A stretch of 64,000 nucleotides of DNA from Dehalococcoidales bacterium (lineage in GTDB: Bacteria; Chloroflexota; Dehalococcoidia; Dehalococcoidales; UBA5760): positions 93,407 through 157,406 of the forward strand of contig JAQUQE010000001.1 of the NCBI GenBank assembly GCA_028716225.1, in the 5' to 3' direction. The position numbers were made by a program, and so were the translations under genes. Within the stretch, counting starts at the first letter, position 1. The number at the start of each line of letters is the position of its first letter. Below are positions 1 to 8,844 of this stretch, piece after piece. Under the pieces are notes generated by a model. The model had not been told where the DNA came from and searched no databases. It saw only the letters and a program-made list of their open reading frames with translations.

Positions 1-966
1 GTCGGTTCGGTACTTGTACTCGCCATGGGCCCTTATCGTTTCGTTCCACACATCAAGGTGCATGACTCCCTCTTTAATGATCTGGCGAATGTCGTCGGGC
101 ATGCTGGCCCAAACATCCGGATTAATCAGGTAGGCAACATTACAGACATCAACAAAGGGCGGGTCCCAGAGGTACGGAGCAACCTCATTGTTGCCGAACT
201 GTACGATCTCATCGGCGCCGGACCAGCCGAAACCGTCCATGGCACCGGTCTGGATGGCCAGGTAGACATCTGCGGGAGGAGTAGGCATACAGGCAACACC
301 GACCTGCTCGTAAGGGTAGGCATGCTCGGCCAGCAGCTGTATTCTCTGTCCCTTCATATCCTCAAGAGAGTAGGCCGGTTTTGAGGAACAAATCTCCAGA
401 GGGTCATGCAGCGAGGGGCCGATGTAGACCAAGCCCTGGTCCTCGTAGGATTGGGCGAAGAGGTCCATCAAGCCGCGGTGGTAGATGAGCACCCTGAACT
501 CTATCGCATTCTTGGTGGCGAAGGGGGCACCGCATTCAATGGTCCTCAGCTCGGTGGCCGTACCCATCAGCGGGTACCACTGCAACATATCGATAGTACC
601 GGCCTTGAGGGCGGGAATCTCTTCCTCAGAGGGCATAATCTGACCACCGGCATACCAGTCGAAGGTGACTCGGCCACCGCTCATCGCGGTTATGATATCA
701 CAGCACTGCTCGATCGAGTCCCTCTGTACGATGGATGCGCCCTGCGGTGAGATACCTCTCAGGTGCCAGGTCTGTCCTTCGACAGCCGGTTCCGGAGTGG
801 TTGGTTCTGGTGTTGATGTTGGTTCTCCCGGGGTAGGAGTGGGCGTCGGTTCTGGTGTGGTCGGTGTTGGGGTCGTACAGCCGCTTAGCATCGGGATGCT
901 GACTGCCAGCACCGCTACCAGACTAACACCAGCGATTAACTTTAGTAGTCCTTTGCTCTTTTTCAA
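1..966 (-). CDS. TRAP-type (DctP-like) solute-binding lipoprotein, partial (runs off the left edge)
   Basis: Absent from the ORF track because it is truncated by the window edge. Reverse-strand translation from TTG at 966 (AAGGAGA at 979..973) gives MKKSKGLLKLIAGVSLVAVLAVSIPMLSGC, a signal peptide plus lipobox. A Thr/Pro-rich tether follows (TTPTPTTPEPTPTPTPGEPTSTPEPTTPEP). Then SGGRVTFDWYAGGQIMPSEEEIPALKAGTIDM, DMKGQRIQ and DVYLAIQTGAMDGFGW, whose spacing is typical of DctP-family binding proteins. Confidence 0.6.
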   Translation of the reverse strand, partial: MKKSKGLLKLIAGVSLVAVLAVSIPMLSGCTTPTPTTPEPTPTPTPGEPTSTPEPTTPEPAVEGQTWHLRGISPQGASIVQRDSIEQCCDIITAMSGGRVTFDWYAGGQIMPSEEEIPALKAGTIDMLQWYPLMGTATELRTIECGAPFATKNAIEFRVLIYHRGLMDLFAQSYEDQGLVYIGPSLHDPLEICSSKPAYSLEDMKGQRIQLLAEHAYPYEQVGVACMPTPPADVYLAIQTGAMDGFGWSGADEIVQFGNNEVAPYLWDPPFVDVCNVAYLINPDVWASMPDDIRQIIKEGVMHLDVWNETIRAHGEYKYRTD

Positions 967-1076
967 ATAGAATCTCCTTACTGTAATTTCTCTCCAATTC
1001 CAGGTTCGGGTTATGGTTTTTTACGATAGGCAACACCCCCTCAATTATCGTTTTCTTACTATACTTACTCTTACTT

Positions 1077-1105
1077 ACTTTACTATTACGTACCCAACAG
1101 GTCAA
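1077..1105 (-). promoter_or_regulatory. sigma-70-like promoter upstream of the binding-protein gene
   Basis: Reverse strand TTGACC (1105..1100), 17 nt, TAAAGT (1082..1077). Confidence 0.35.
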
Positions 1106-1162
1106 GTTCAAGAGAACCTGCCGTACGAAGAACTGGCTCCTGACTCTCTAAGAAACAGGCAA

Positions 1163-2506
1163 CTATACCGGCTTAATATCCTTGAGGACGCTGTAGATGA
1201 TATCGAGGCCGTGGTTCAGCTCTTCCTCGGTGATGATAAAGGGCGGTACAATCGGTTGACGGTGCGGGTAGCCGTCACAGTAGGTCAGCATCAGCCCCTG
1301 CTTGAGACACTCGGCATTGAGTTTCTCCCTGGCCGCTACGGTCGCCGCAGCATTGTAGGGCTTCCCGGTGGTCTTATTGAGCGAAATCAGGAACGACTGG
1401 TAGAGACCCTTCCCCATCGGAGCATCGACAACAGGCAGCTTGGTGAACTCGTTAAGACGCTTGCTGAGCAGAGATCCCAGCTTGGCAACACGGTCCGCCA
1501 TTCCGTTTTTGTATATCCGCAGGGCTGCCAGCGCCGTCGCCAGCACAACGGCATTACCATCGGAGGTGGTGTAGCTCATCAGCTTCTTCTTGCTGTTGAC
1601 CATGGCATCAAATATCTTGTTGCTGAAACCAACCGCTCCGAAGGGCAGGATGCCACCGTTAATACCCTTGGCCATGCTGATCATATCGGGGATCACACCA
1701 TAGTGGTCCACTCCCCAGAACTTGCCGGTACGGCAGAAACCAGTCTGTACCTCATCGGCAATCAGCAGTATGTTGTGCTTGCTGCATATCTCACGAGTGA
1801 TCGGCCACCACTTGTCACCGGGCCAGACCACACCACCGTTGCCCTGGGCTACCTCGGCCATAACACAGGATATGGTATCGGCTCCCTCCTGCTGAATAAC
1901 CTGCTCCAGATAGCGGGCATTCTCTTCATCAGTCTTGAAACAGTTCTCAATGCCGGTAACAAAGTTCGGCATCTTGACCACTTCCGGACTGCGACGGGAG
2001 AAACAGGATAGCCCGATGTGCGCCCCGGTCATGCTCCGGGAAAGCTGAGAGGAACCATGGTAGGCACGGTCCAGAACGATAATCTTGTACTTGCCCAGCT
2101 CACCAACCGACTCCCAGTAGGCCCGGGCTATCTGAATACAAGACTCGGTGGACTCGGTACCGGTGACGGTCAGGTAAACATGATCCATTCCGGCAGGAAG
2201 TGCCCCCGCCAGCTCATCACAGTACTCAATGGCCGGTATGTTGCTCGCTACCGGTGCTCCCGAAGAATAGTAGATGAACTCGTTCATCTGCTTGGTGGCA
2301 GCCTCAATCAGCTTGGGATGACAGTGGCCCAGGTTGCAGAGATGAACACCACCGGAGGAAAAGTCGAGATATTTGTTGCCATCAATGTCCCACAGATAGC
2401 AACCTTCTCCCTTGGTAAAGATGAAGTGGGGAGCTTCCGCCGGCATCCCCAGCGGGTGGAACCAGTGTGCCTGGTCCTTCTTGATTAAATCTTGCTTGGA
2501 AACCAT
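1163..2506 (-). CDS. class-III PLP-dependent aminotransferase (omega-amino acid / taurine:pyruvate type)
   Basis: 447-aa ORF. Carries DEVQTGFCRTGKFWG and the PLP-lysine region MISMAKGINGG, and GTESTE, all typical of the class-III aminotransferase fold. AAGGAGGG sits 5 nt upstream of the ATG. Confidence 0.85.
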   Translation of the reverse strand: MVSKQDLIKKDQAHWFHPLGMPAEAPHFIFTKGEGCYLWDIDGNKYLDFSSGGVHLCNLGHCHPKLIEAATKQMNEFIYYSSGAPVASNIPAIEYCDELAGALPAGMDHVYLTVTGTESTESCIQIARAYWESVGELGKYKIIVLDRAYHGSSQLSRSMTGAHIGLSCFSRRSPEVVKMPNFVTGIENCFKTDEENARYLEQVIQQEGADTISCVMAEVAQGNGGVVWPGDKWWPITREICSKHNILLIADEVQTGFCRTGKFWGVDHYGVIPDMISMAKGINGGILPFGAVGFSNKIFDAMVNSKKKLMSYTTSDGNAVVLATALAALRIYKNGMADRVAKLGSLLSKRLNEFTKLPVVDAPMGKGLYQSFLISLNKTTGKPYNAAATVAAREKLNAECLKQGLMLTYCDGYPHRQPIVPPFIITEEELNHGLDIIYSVLKDIKPV

Positions 2507-2818
2507 TCTTGCCCTCCTTACTTGGTTATTTATTGGTTTTCCATATTATATCCGCTATACCAAGAACCACTATACTCGACGGGTCTACAGAGTTTCAAAA
2601 AGAAGAGACATCGAAGGACGTGTCTGCTTAACGAATACAGCTATCAGCTGGGCGAATCATATGAATGTGTTTGCATCAGGACATCTCACGGTAGATAAAA
2701 TAAATTATCGTTGTGATATTACCAGCATCAAGCGATTTTGTCAATATATATCTTAACAATCTTAAAAAATATTTTCATTTCGTGGTATACTATGGATTAT
2801 ATAAAATGGGAGGATATT

Positions 2819-3754
2819 TTGCAGGGTAAAGATTTGCTTTCCGTATCCGATCTTAGCAGTGAAGATGTTCATTCACTGATTCATGATGCCATCGATATGA
2901 AAAACAGGGGCCGGCTGACTTCACTTAACGGAAAGACACTTGCTCTCGTTTTTGAGAAACCATCCCTAAGAACAAGGGTGAGTTTCGAAATGGCGATGCG
3001 GCAATTAGGCGGGGACGCGATCTACCTCTCACCGGCTGAGGTTGGTATGGGCAAACGCGAGTCGGTAGCCGATGTAGCCCGTGTGCTCAGTCGCTATGTA
3101 GATGTTATTACCGCCCGTACCTATACCCACCGGACACTCGAGGTTATGGCCAGCTGCGCCGACGTACCTGTAATAAATGCACTATCGGATCTGGAGCACC
3201 CCTGCCAGGCTCTGACCGACCTGCTTACCATTTATGAAAAGAAGGGGGCGCTGGGTTGCTTGACGCTGGTCTTCGTCGGTGATGGTAATAACGTATCACA
3301 GAGCCTGATGCTGGCTGCTGCGATGGTAGGGATGAACTTCAGGATTGCTTCCCCACCCGGTTACCGGATCAATGAAGATATACTATATCTGGCCCAGGGC
3401 TATGCACTCGACAGCGGGGCAGAGGTATTATGTATCGAAGAGCCTCAGCAGGCGGTAAGCGGGGCAGACATTGTTTATACCGATGTCTGGACGAGTATGG
3501 GACAGGAGAACGAGGCGGATGAGCGTCGTAAAGCATTTTCAGGATATCAGATAGACGATAAACTGCTCTCGCTGGCTAAGGAGGATGCCATATTCATGCA
3601 CCCCCTACCGCTACACCGGGACGAGGAGGTATCGGCAAGCATTCCGGATAGCCCACGGTCGGTTATCTTCGACCAGGCCGAGAACAGGATGCATATGCAG
3701 AAGGCGCTGCTGGCGATGATGCTGGGGGCTCAGGAGATACCGCTGCCCGGTTGA
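2819..3754 (+). CDS. argF: ornithine carbamoyltransferase
   Basis: Same frame as track ORF 2738..3754. Motifs SLRTR, HPCQ and HPLP are OTCase signatures. I prefer TTG 2819 as the start: GGGAGG lies at 2808..2813 with a 5-nt spacer, and the N-terminus MQGKDLLSVSDLS resembles other OTCases. A TATACT -10 at 2786..2791 would place ATG 2792 and 2738 at or upstream of the transcript start. Confidence 0.85.
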   Translation: MQGKDLLSVSDLSSEDVHSLIHDAIDMKNRGRLTSLNGKTLALVFEKPSLRTRVSFEMAMRQLGGDAIYLSPAEVGMGKRESVADVARVLSRYVDVITARTYTHRTLEVMASCADVPVINALSDLEHPCQALTDLLTIYEKKGALGCLTLVFVGDGNNVSQSLMLAAAMVGMNFRIASPPGYRINEDILYLAQGYALDSGAEVLCIEEPQQAVSGADIVYTDVWTSMGQENEADERRKAFSGYQIDDKLLSLAKEDAIFMHPLPLHRDEEVSASIPDSPRSVIFDQAENRMHMQKALLAMMLGAQEIPLPG

Positions 3755-3775
3755 CGTTCAGAGGACAACATAATT

Positions 3776-4435
3776 ATGAATGTACCGAAAAGCATAACTA
3801 ACTGGATATGGTGCCCTATTATCATCACCGTACTGGCACTGGTTGCTCTCAGGTACGATTGGCCGATATCAGCTATGGCGCCAGTGCTGATTACTATTCT
3901 GGTTATCGGGCTGACGCTATCCATCAGCGGGGCCAGAAAGAAGGAGCTGGAGCTTTCCTTACTGAAATTGAGGCAGATAGCGGGCTATTTCAGCCGCCGG
4001 TTTATGGGTGAGTCCTCACTTTCCATCTTTGCTATTATCGATAGCCTGTTCAGGGTTGATAACCCCCGGTTATGGGACTGGGCACGGGCATGCGATATGT
4101 CACGGAGGATATTTAACACCTGGTGTAAGAGCTTTCAGGATAGGGTAGAAAGCGATGTCCGAAGCGGTCAGCTTGAAACCTATCTGCACACCTATCTCAA
4201 TGAGCTGTGGCTGATGAATAACCATTATAATGAATTTACCGAGCAGTTTTATGAGATAGCGGAGAAGGTTGTACTGCCCCGCGAGACAACGGAGCAGTAC
4301 AATCGATTTGTTATGGAATATAATGCCTTTGCACAGGAGTTCCGGGATAATATCAGTCACCTCAAGAAGATTACCCGGACTGAAATTGAGCCTCCCAGTG
4401 TTAGGTTCGCCAAAGAGCTGCCCTTAGCGGAGTGA
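3776..4435 (+). CDS. hypothetical membrane protein (two N-terminal TM helices plus a helical cytoplasmic domain)
   Basis: 219-aa ORF. Two hydrophobic stretches (WIWCPIIITVLALVAL, MAPVLITILVIGLTLSI) precede a charged helical region. I recognise no family motif. Confidence 0.55.
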   Translation: MNVPKSITNWIWCPIIITVLALVALRYDWPISAMAPVLITILVIGLTLSISGARKKELELSLLKLRQIAGYFSRRFMGESSLSIFAIIDSLFRVDNPRLWDWARACDMSRRIFNTWCKSFQDRVESDVRSGQLETYLHTYLNELWLMNNHYNEFTEQFYEIAEKVVLPRETTEQYNRFVMEYNAFAQEFRDNISHLKKITRTEIEPPSVRFAKELPLAE

Positions 4436-4529
4436 TAACGGCTTATCGATTAACATTCACACGTCCCCCTCTCTTATCGTAAGGGAGGGGGAAAATATTA
4501 ATAGGGAGAGACGAGGTAATTATCTCAAA

Positions 4530-5855
4530 ATGAGTGTTCTGAAGCCTGTAGTCGCTATTGTCGGCAGGCAAAATGTGGGTAAGTCTACCCTCTTCAATCG
4601 TCTGGCGGGTAGGCCGATAGCTATTGTAGATGATTTCCCGGGGACAACGCGTGACCGGATACTGGCCAGTGTCTCCTATCCGGGGGGCGAGTTCATTCTG
4701 GTGGATACCGGCGGACTGGAACTAAACCCTGATTCTGCTATGGCCAGGGAGGTTAATGAACAGGTCGCAACAGCTATTAAAGAGGCTGATGTTATCGTTA
4801 TGCTGCTGGATTGCAGGGACGGCGTTATATCTACCGATCTGGAGATAGCGGACAGCCTCCGTAAGACAGGTAACCCGGTAATACTGGCGGCCAATAAGGC
4901 GGACAGTACCAAATCCGAGAGCATGGTCGCGGAGTTCTACCAACTCGGTTTGGGTGAACCAACGGCAATTAGCGCCTATCATGGCCGGGGTATAGCCGAT
5001 TTACTGGATAGGATTATCCGGTTGTTACCGACACCGTCACCGGTTGAGCCTGAGCCGGCAGCACCGGAAGCGATTAAGGTAGCCATTGTCGGCCGGCCCA
5101 ATGTGGGCAAATCGACACTGCTTAATACCATTCTGGGGAATGAGCGGGCTATCGTGGATGATACTCCCGGTACCACCCGTGACGCTATAGATACCCTGGT
5201 TGACTTAGACGGGGTAAGTGTGCTACTTATTGATACAGGTGGTATCAGGCGTCGGGGCCGGATAGAGGGAGGTGTAGAGCGCTACAGCGTAATCCGCGCT
5301 CTGCGTGCTATTGACCGTGCCGATATTGCCCTGCTGGTTCTTGACGCCACGGAACTGGTAACAGCTCAGGATATGCATATTGCAGGATATATCCGCCAGG
5401 CTTACAAAGGGATTATGCTGCTGGTCAATAAATGGGACAGGATTGAAGGCGGGGGCACCGTTGATTTCAGCCGGTATGTGAAAGGCTGTTTCAAGTTTGT
5501 GGATTATGCGCCAGTGCTTCATACTTCAGCCCGGCTGGGATGGGGTGTAGATAAGATAATGCCACAATTGCTTGAGATATATCAGGAGAGGCTGAAGAGA
5601 TTACCCACCGCTGTCGTTAACAGTATTATCCAGCGGGCAGTCGCCGCCCATAGCTTACCCCGTAAGGGTAATCTCCAGCTAAAGGTTCTCTACGTAACTC
5701 AGGCGGAGGTGAATCCGCCGACCTTTGTCTTTTTCGTTAATGACCCTCAGTTGATACATTTCTCTTATCAACGCTATCTTGAAAACAGGTTACGTCAGTC
5801 ATTCGGCTTCATGGGCACACCGATCCGTTTCGTTTTTAAAGCAAGAGGGGCATAA
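4530..5855 (+). CDS. der: ribosome-associated GTPase Der/EngA
   Basis: Two tandem GTPase domains with P-loops GRQNVGKST and GRPNVGKST, DTGG motifs, and NKAD / NKWD G4 motifs. A KH-like C-terminus follows. Confidence 0.95.
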   Translation: MSVLKPVVAIVGRQNVGKSTLFNRLAGRPIAIVDDFPGTTRDRILASVSYPGGEFILVDTGGLELNPDSAMAREVNEQVATAIKEADVIVMLLDCRDGVISTDLEIADSLRKTGNPVILAANKADSTKSESMVAEFYQLGLGEPTAISAYHGRGIADLLDRIIRLLPTPSPVEPEPAAPEAIKVAIVGRPNVGKSTLLNTILGNERAIVDDTPGTTRDAIDTLVDLDGVSVLLIDTGGIRRRGRIEGGVERYSVIRALRAIDRADIALLVLDATELVTAQDMHIAGYIRQAYKGIMLLVNKWDRIEGGGTVDFSRYVKGCFKFVDYAPVLHTSARLGWGVDKIMPQLLEIYQERLKRLPTAVVNSIIQRAVAAHSLPRKGNLQLKVLYVTQAEVNPPTFVFFVNDPQLIHFSYQRYLENRLRQSFGFMGTPIRFVFKARGA

Positions 5856-6505
5856 TGGTAATTACCAAATTTATTATCGTAGCGGTAGTCGGTTATCTTC
5901 TGGGGGCGATTCCGTTTGGTTTACTGGTGACCAGAAAGATGACCGGCGTTGATGTCAGAAACAGGGGTAGCGGCAAACTGGGAGCAACCAACGTCCTGCG
6001 GACCGCCGGTCGTAAGGCAGCAGCCATTGTTTTCTGCCTTGACCTGCTGAAAGGCTCACTAGCAGTAATAATTGCCGGTCTGATATTCGGTCGGGACTAT
6101 CTGGTGATAGGTAATTTTGCCTGGGGGATGCTGGTCGCCCAGGTCATTGCCGCATTATCAGCTATGGTTGGGCATAGCTGGTCGGTATTCCTTAAATTTC
6201 GTGGCGGAGGGCGTGGTGTAGCCACCTTTTTCGGCGGGCTGGTTGTCCTTTTCCCACCGGCAGCACTCATCGGTGGCGAAGTCTTCATTCTTGGGGCCGG
6301 ACTAACCAGGTTTGTTTCCCTGGCTTCCATTGCTGCTGCGGTTAGTACCTATTGCGTATTTATCCCCCTGACCATCATCAATAAGTTCCCTATCGAGTAT
6401 CTCATTTATGTATTAGCCGGCACCATAGTCATTATTGCAATGCACCGGGGTAACATAAGCCGCTTGCTGGCAGGTAAGGAACGCAAGCTGGGCGATAAGG
6501 CTTAA
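5855..6505 (+). CDS. plsY: glycerol-3-phosphate acyltransferase PlsY
   Basis: Polytopic 216-aa protein with GAIPFG and GSGKLGATN motifs. Its ATG abuts the der stop. It sits in the conserved der-plsY-gpsA order. Confidence 0.9.
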   Translation: MVITKFIIVAVVGYLLGAIPFGLLVTRKMTGVDVRNRGSGKLGATNVLRTAGRKAAAIVFCLDLLKGSLAVIIAGLIFGRDYLVIGNFAWGMLVAQVIAALSAMVGHSWSVFLKFRGGGRGVATFFGGLVVLFPPAALIGGEVFILGAGLTRFVSLASIAAAVSTYCVFIPLTIINKFPIEYLIYVLAGTIVIIAMHRGNISRLLAGKERKLGDKA

Positions 6506-6576
6506 GATAAAGGAATTGCCTTAGCGGTATCATATAAGAGCATTTCTGTTTGTGAAAATAATCAAGGGGTAGGCAT

Positions 6577-7629
6577 ATGTCCCGGATTGCTATTATCGGT
6601 ACCACCACCTGGGGAAAAACGCTGTGTGTAATTCTGGCTAATAATGGGCTGGAGGTCAATCTATGGGCCCGGACCGAGCAGGAGGCCATTAAGCTCCGGA
6701 ATGAGGGGCCTAACCCGAACCTGTTTCCCGGTGGCAGCTTTCCCGACCGGGTATTCATTACCAGTATTCTCAGGAAGGCCTTGACTGAAACAGAAGCAGT
6801 AATACTAGCCGTACCATCTCAAACAATGAGAGCTAACATCCGGCTGGCCGGAGAATATCTTAGCAGTTCAATGCTGGTGGTGAGTGCTGCTAAGGGGCTG
6901 GAGCTGGTCACCAACAAGCGTATGTCGCAGGTAATTGCCGAAGAGATAGCTAATGATTTACGGCCTAATATCTGTGTACTGTCCGGACCAAATCTATCCT
7001 GTGAGGTTATCCGCAACCTACCGGCAGCCACCGTAGTAGCTGCCGAAAGCGAGGCCATTGCCGTAAGAGCACGCCGGCTGCTCACCAGCCCCGGTTTTTG
7101 TGTTTATACCAACACCGATGTCACCGGTGTCGAACTGGGTGGCGCGCTAAAGAACATCATAGCTCTGGGCGCGGGTATGGTTGACGGATTGGGTTTTGGC
7201 GATAATACCCGGGCGGCTTTTATCACCCGGGGGCTTACCGAGATAGCAGCTCTCGGTGTTGCTCTCGGCGCCAATCCGCTTACTTTTTCCGGCTTAGCCG
7301 GTCTGGGAGATTTGATAGCAACCTGCACCAGCACACTAAGCCGTAACCACCATGTCGGAGTCGAACTGGCTAAGGGACACTCACTCAACGAGATAACCAG
7401 ATCAATGACGGCTGTGGCAGAGGGGGTAAATACTACTATCGGAGCCAGGAATCTGGCCCGGCAGCTCGGCTTGGGGATGCCGGTCACAGAAAAGATCTAC
7501 CAGGTCTTATTTGAAGGTGCTGCTCCCCATCAAGTTGTAGCCGAAGTGGTATCGGTTGAGGCCAGTCATGAGTTAGACGGGCATAACTGGGAGCTCTTTT
7601 CTTTTTCCAACCACCGTAACCATGCCTGA
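6577..7629 (+). CDS. gpsA: NAD(P)H-dependent glycerol-3-phosphate dehydrogenase
   Basis: N-terminal Rossmann segment IAIIGTTTWG and the GGALKNIIALGAGM motif. Located next to plsY. Confidence 0.9.
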   Translation: MSRIAIIGTTTWGKTLCVILANNGLEVNLWARTEQEAIKLRNEGPNPNLFPGGSFPDRVFITSILRKALTETEAVILAVPSQTMRANIRLAGEYLSSSMLVVSAAKGLELVTNKRMSQVIAEEIANDLRPNICVLSGPNLSCEVIRNLPAATVVAAESEAIAVRARRLLTSPGFCVYTNTDVTGVELGGALKNIIALGAGMVDGLGFGDNTRAAFITRGLTEIAALGVALGANPLTFSGLAGLGDLIATCTSTLSRNHHVGVELAKGHSLNEITRSMTAVAEGVNTTIGARNLARQLGLGMPVTEKIYQVLFEGAAPHQVVAEVVSVEASHELDGHNWELFSFSNHRNHA

Positions 7630-7712
7630 TGTTTGACCGCTCGCCGGGGATACCAGCCAAAACAATTCTATATGCCGGGGGAGTATCCTTCTTACTGCCT
7701 GTCGGGAAGAGG

Positions 7713-8768
7713 TTAAAACGTCTCCGCCAGTTCTTCGAATAGTTGACGTTGCCTCTTAGTTAATGTATCAGGGGTAACCACTTTCAGCTCGACGAACTGA
7801 TCACCGCGTCCTCTTCGTTGAAGGTGTGGAATACCTTTGTTTTTAAGCTTAAAAACCTGGCCTGTCTGGCTACCGGCCGGTATCTTAATGGTTACCTTAC
7901 CCTCAAGGGTAGGCACCTCCACTTCAGCACCCAGAGCCGCATGAGCAAAATTGATCGGCAACTCATACTGCACATCGTTACCATCACGAATAAAGAACTC
8001 GTGACGACTCACTGCTAAAGTAACGTAAAGATCACCGGGGCGACCACCCCTCTCCCCGGTCTCACCTTCACCGCTCAAACGTATTTGAGTTTCGTTATCA
8101 ACCCCAGCCGGGACCTTGACCATGATATTGCGCTGCCGTTTTTCCTTACCCTGCCCCCGGCACTGGGGACAGGGATCGGTAATGATTCTACCCTCACCAT
8201 GACATTGAGGGCAGGGAGCAATATTGGTAAAGCTTCCGAAGATACTCTGCTGGGTACGCCGAACTTGGCCGCTGCCATTACAATTAGGGCATCTGGCAGG
8301 CTGGCTACCTGTCCTGCAACCGGTACCCTGGCACTGAGAGCAGCTCTCAGTGCGCATAATGCTAATATCCTTCTCACAACCAAAGGCAGCTTCTTCGAAA
8401 GTGATGGGGATATTGTAGCTCAGATCAGCGCCGCGCTGGGGTCCCTGGCGGGTAGTTGTGGTAGACCCGCTAAAGAATGCATCAAAGATATCCCCGAAAC
8501 CACTGAAACCAAATCCCTCAAAGCCACGTCCGAAGAACCCCTCGGTAGCACCGTGTCCGAAACGGTTATAGGCGGCGCGTTTCTCCCGGTCCGAGAGAAC
8601 TTCATAGGCTTCATTTATCTCCTTGAACTTATCACCGGCACCGCTGTCACTATGGTTATGATCAGGGTGATACTTGAAGGCCAGTTTACGAAAAGCCTTT
8701 CGTATCTCTTCATCGGTAGCATCCCTGTTAACACCAAGGACTTCATAGTAGTCCCGTTTTGTTGACAT
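7713..8768 (-). CDS. dnaJ: molecular chaperone DnaJ
   Basis: J-domain with HPD (YHPDHN), a G/F-rich linker, and four CxxCxGxG zinc repeats ([32 protein letters not shown]). Start set at the internal ATG ([13 protein letters not shown]) rather than track start 8795. Confidence 0.95.
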   Translation of the reverse strand: MSTKRDYYEVLGVNRDATDEEIRKAFRKLAFKYHPDHNHSDSGAGDKFKEINEAYEVLSDREKRAAYNRFGHGATEGFFGRGFEGFGFSGFGDIFDAFFSGSTTTTRQGPQRGADLSYNIPITFEEAAFGCEKDISIMRTESCSQCQGTGCRTGSQPARCPNCNGSGQVRRTQQSIFGSFTNIAPCPQCHGEGRIITDPCPQCRGQGKEKRQRNIMVKVPAGVDNETQIRLSGEGETGERGGRPGDLYVTLAVSRHEFFIRDGNDVQYELPINFAHAALGAEVEVPTLEGKVTIKIPAGSQTGQVFKLKNKGIPHLQRRGRGDQFVELKVVTPDTLTKRQRQLFEELAETF

Positions 8769-8844
8769 ATTACGATATAAACCTCTTTCCCCCATCTCCT
8801 TAGCAAGAAGATGGGGGAATCATAGATTGATAAATTAGACTACG

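Noticed and set aside
665-970. 101-aa plus-strand ORF with a Gly/Val-rich repeat (GSGVVGSGVDVGSPGVGVGVGSGVVGVGVV)
   Set aside because: It is the antisense reading of the Thr/Pro-rich tether of the TRAP binding lipoprotein. The reverse-strand frame has a signal peptide, lipobox, SD and family-like domain.
1013-2011. 332-aa plus-strand ORF
   Set aside because: It is entirely antisense to the well-supported class-III aminotransferase. It has no SD, a low-complexity Arg/Leu/Gly-rich translation and no recognisable motif.
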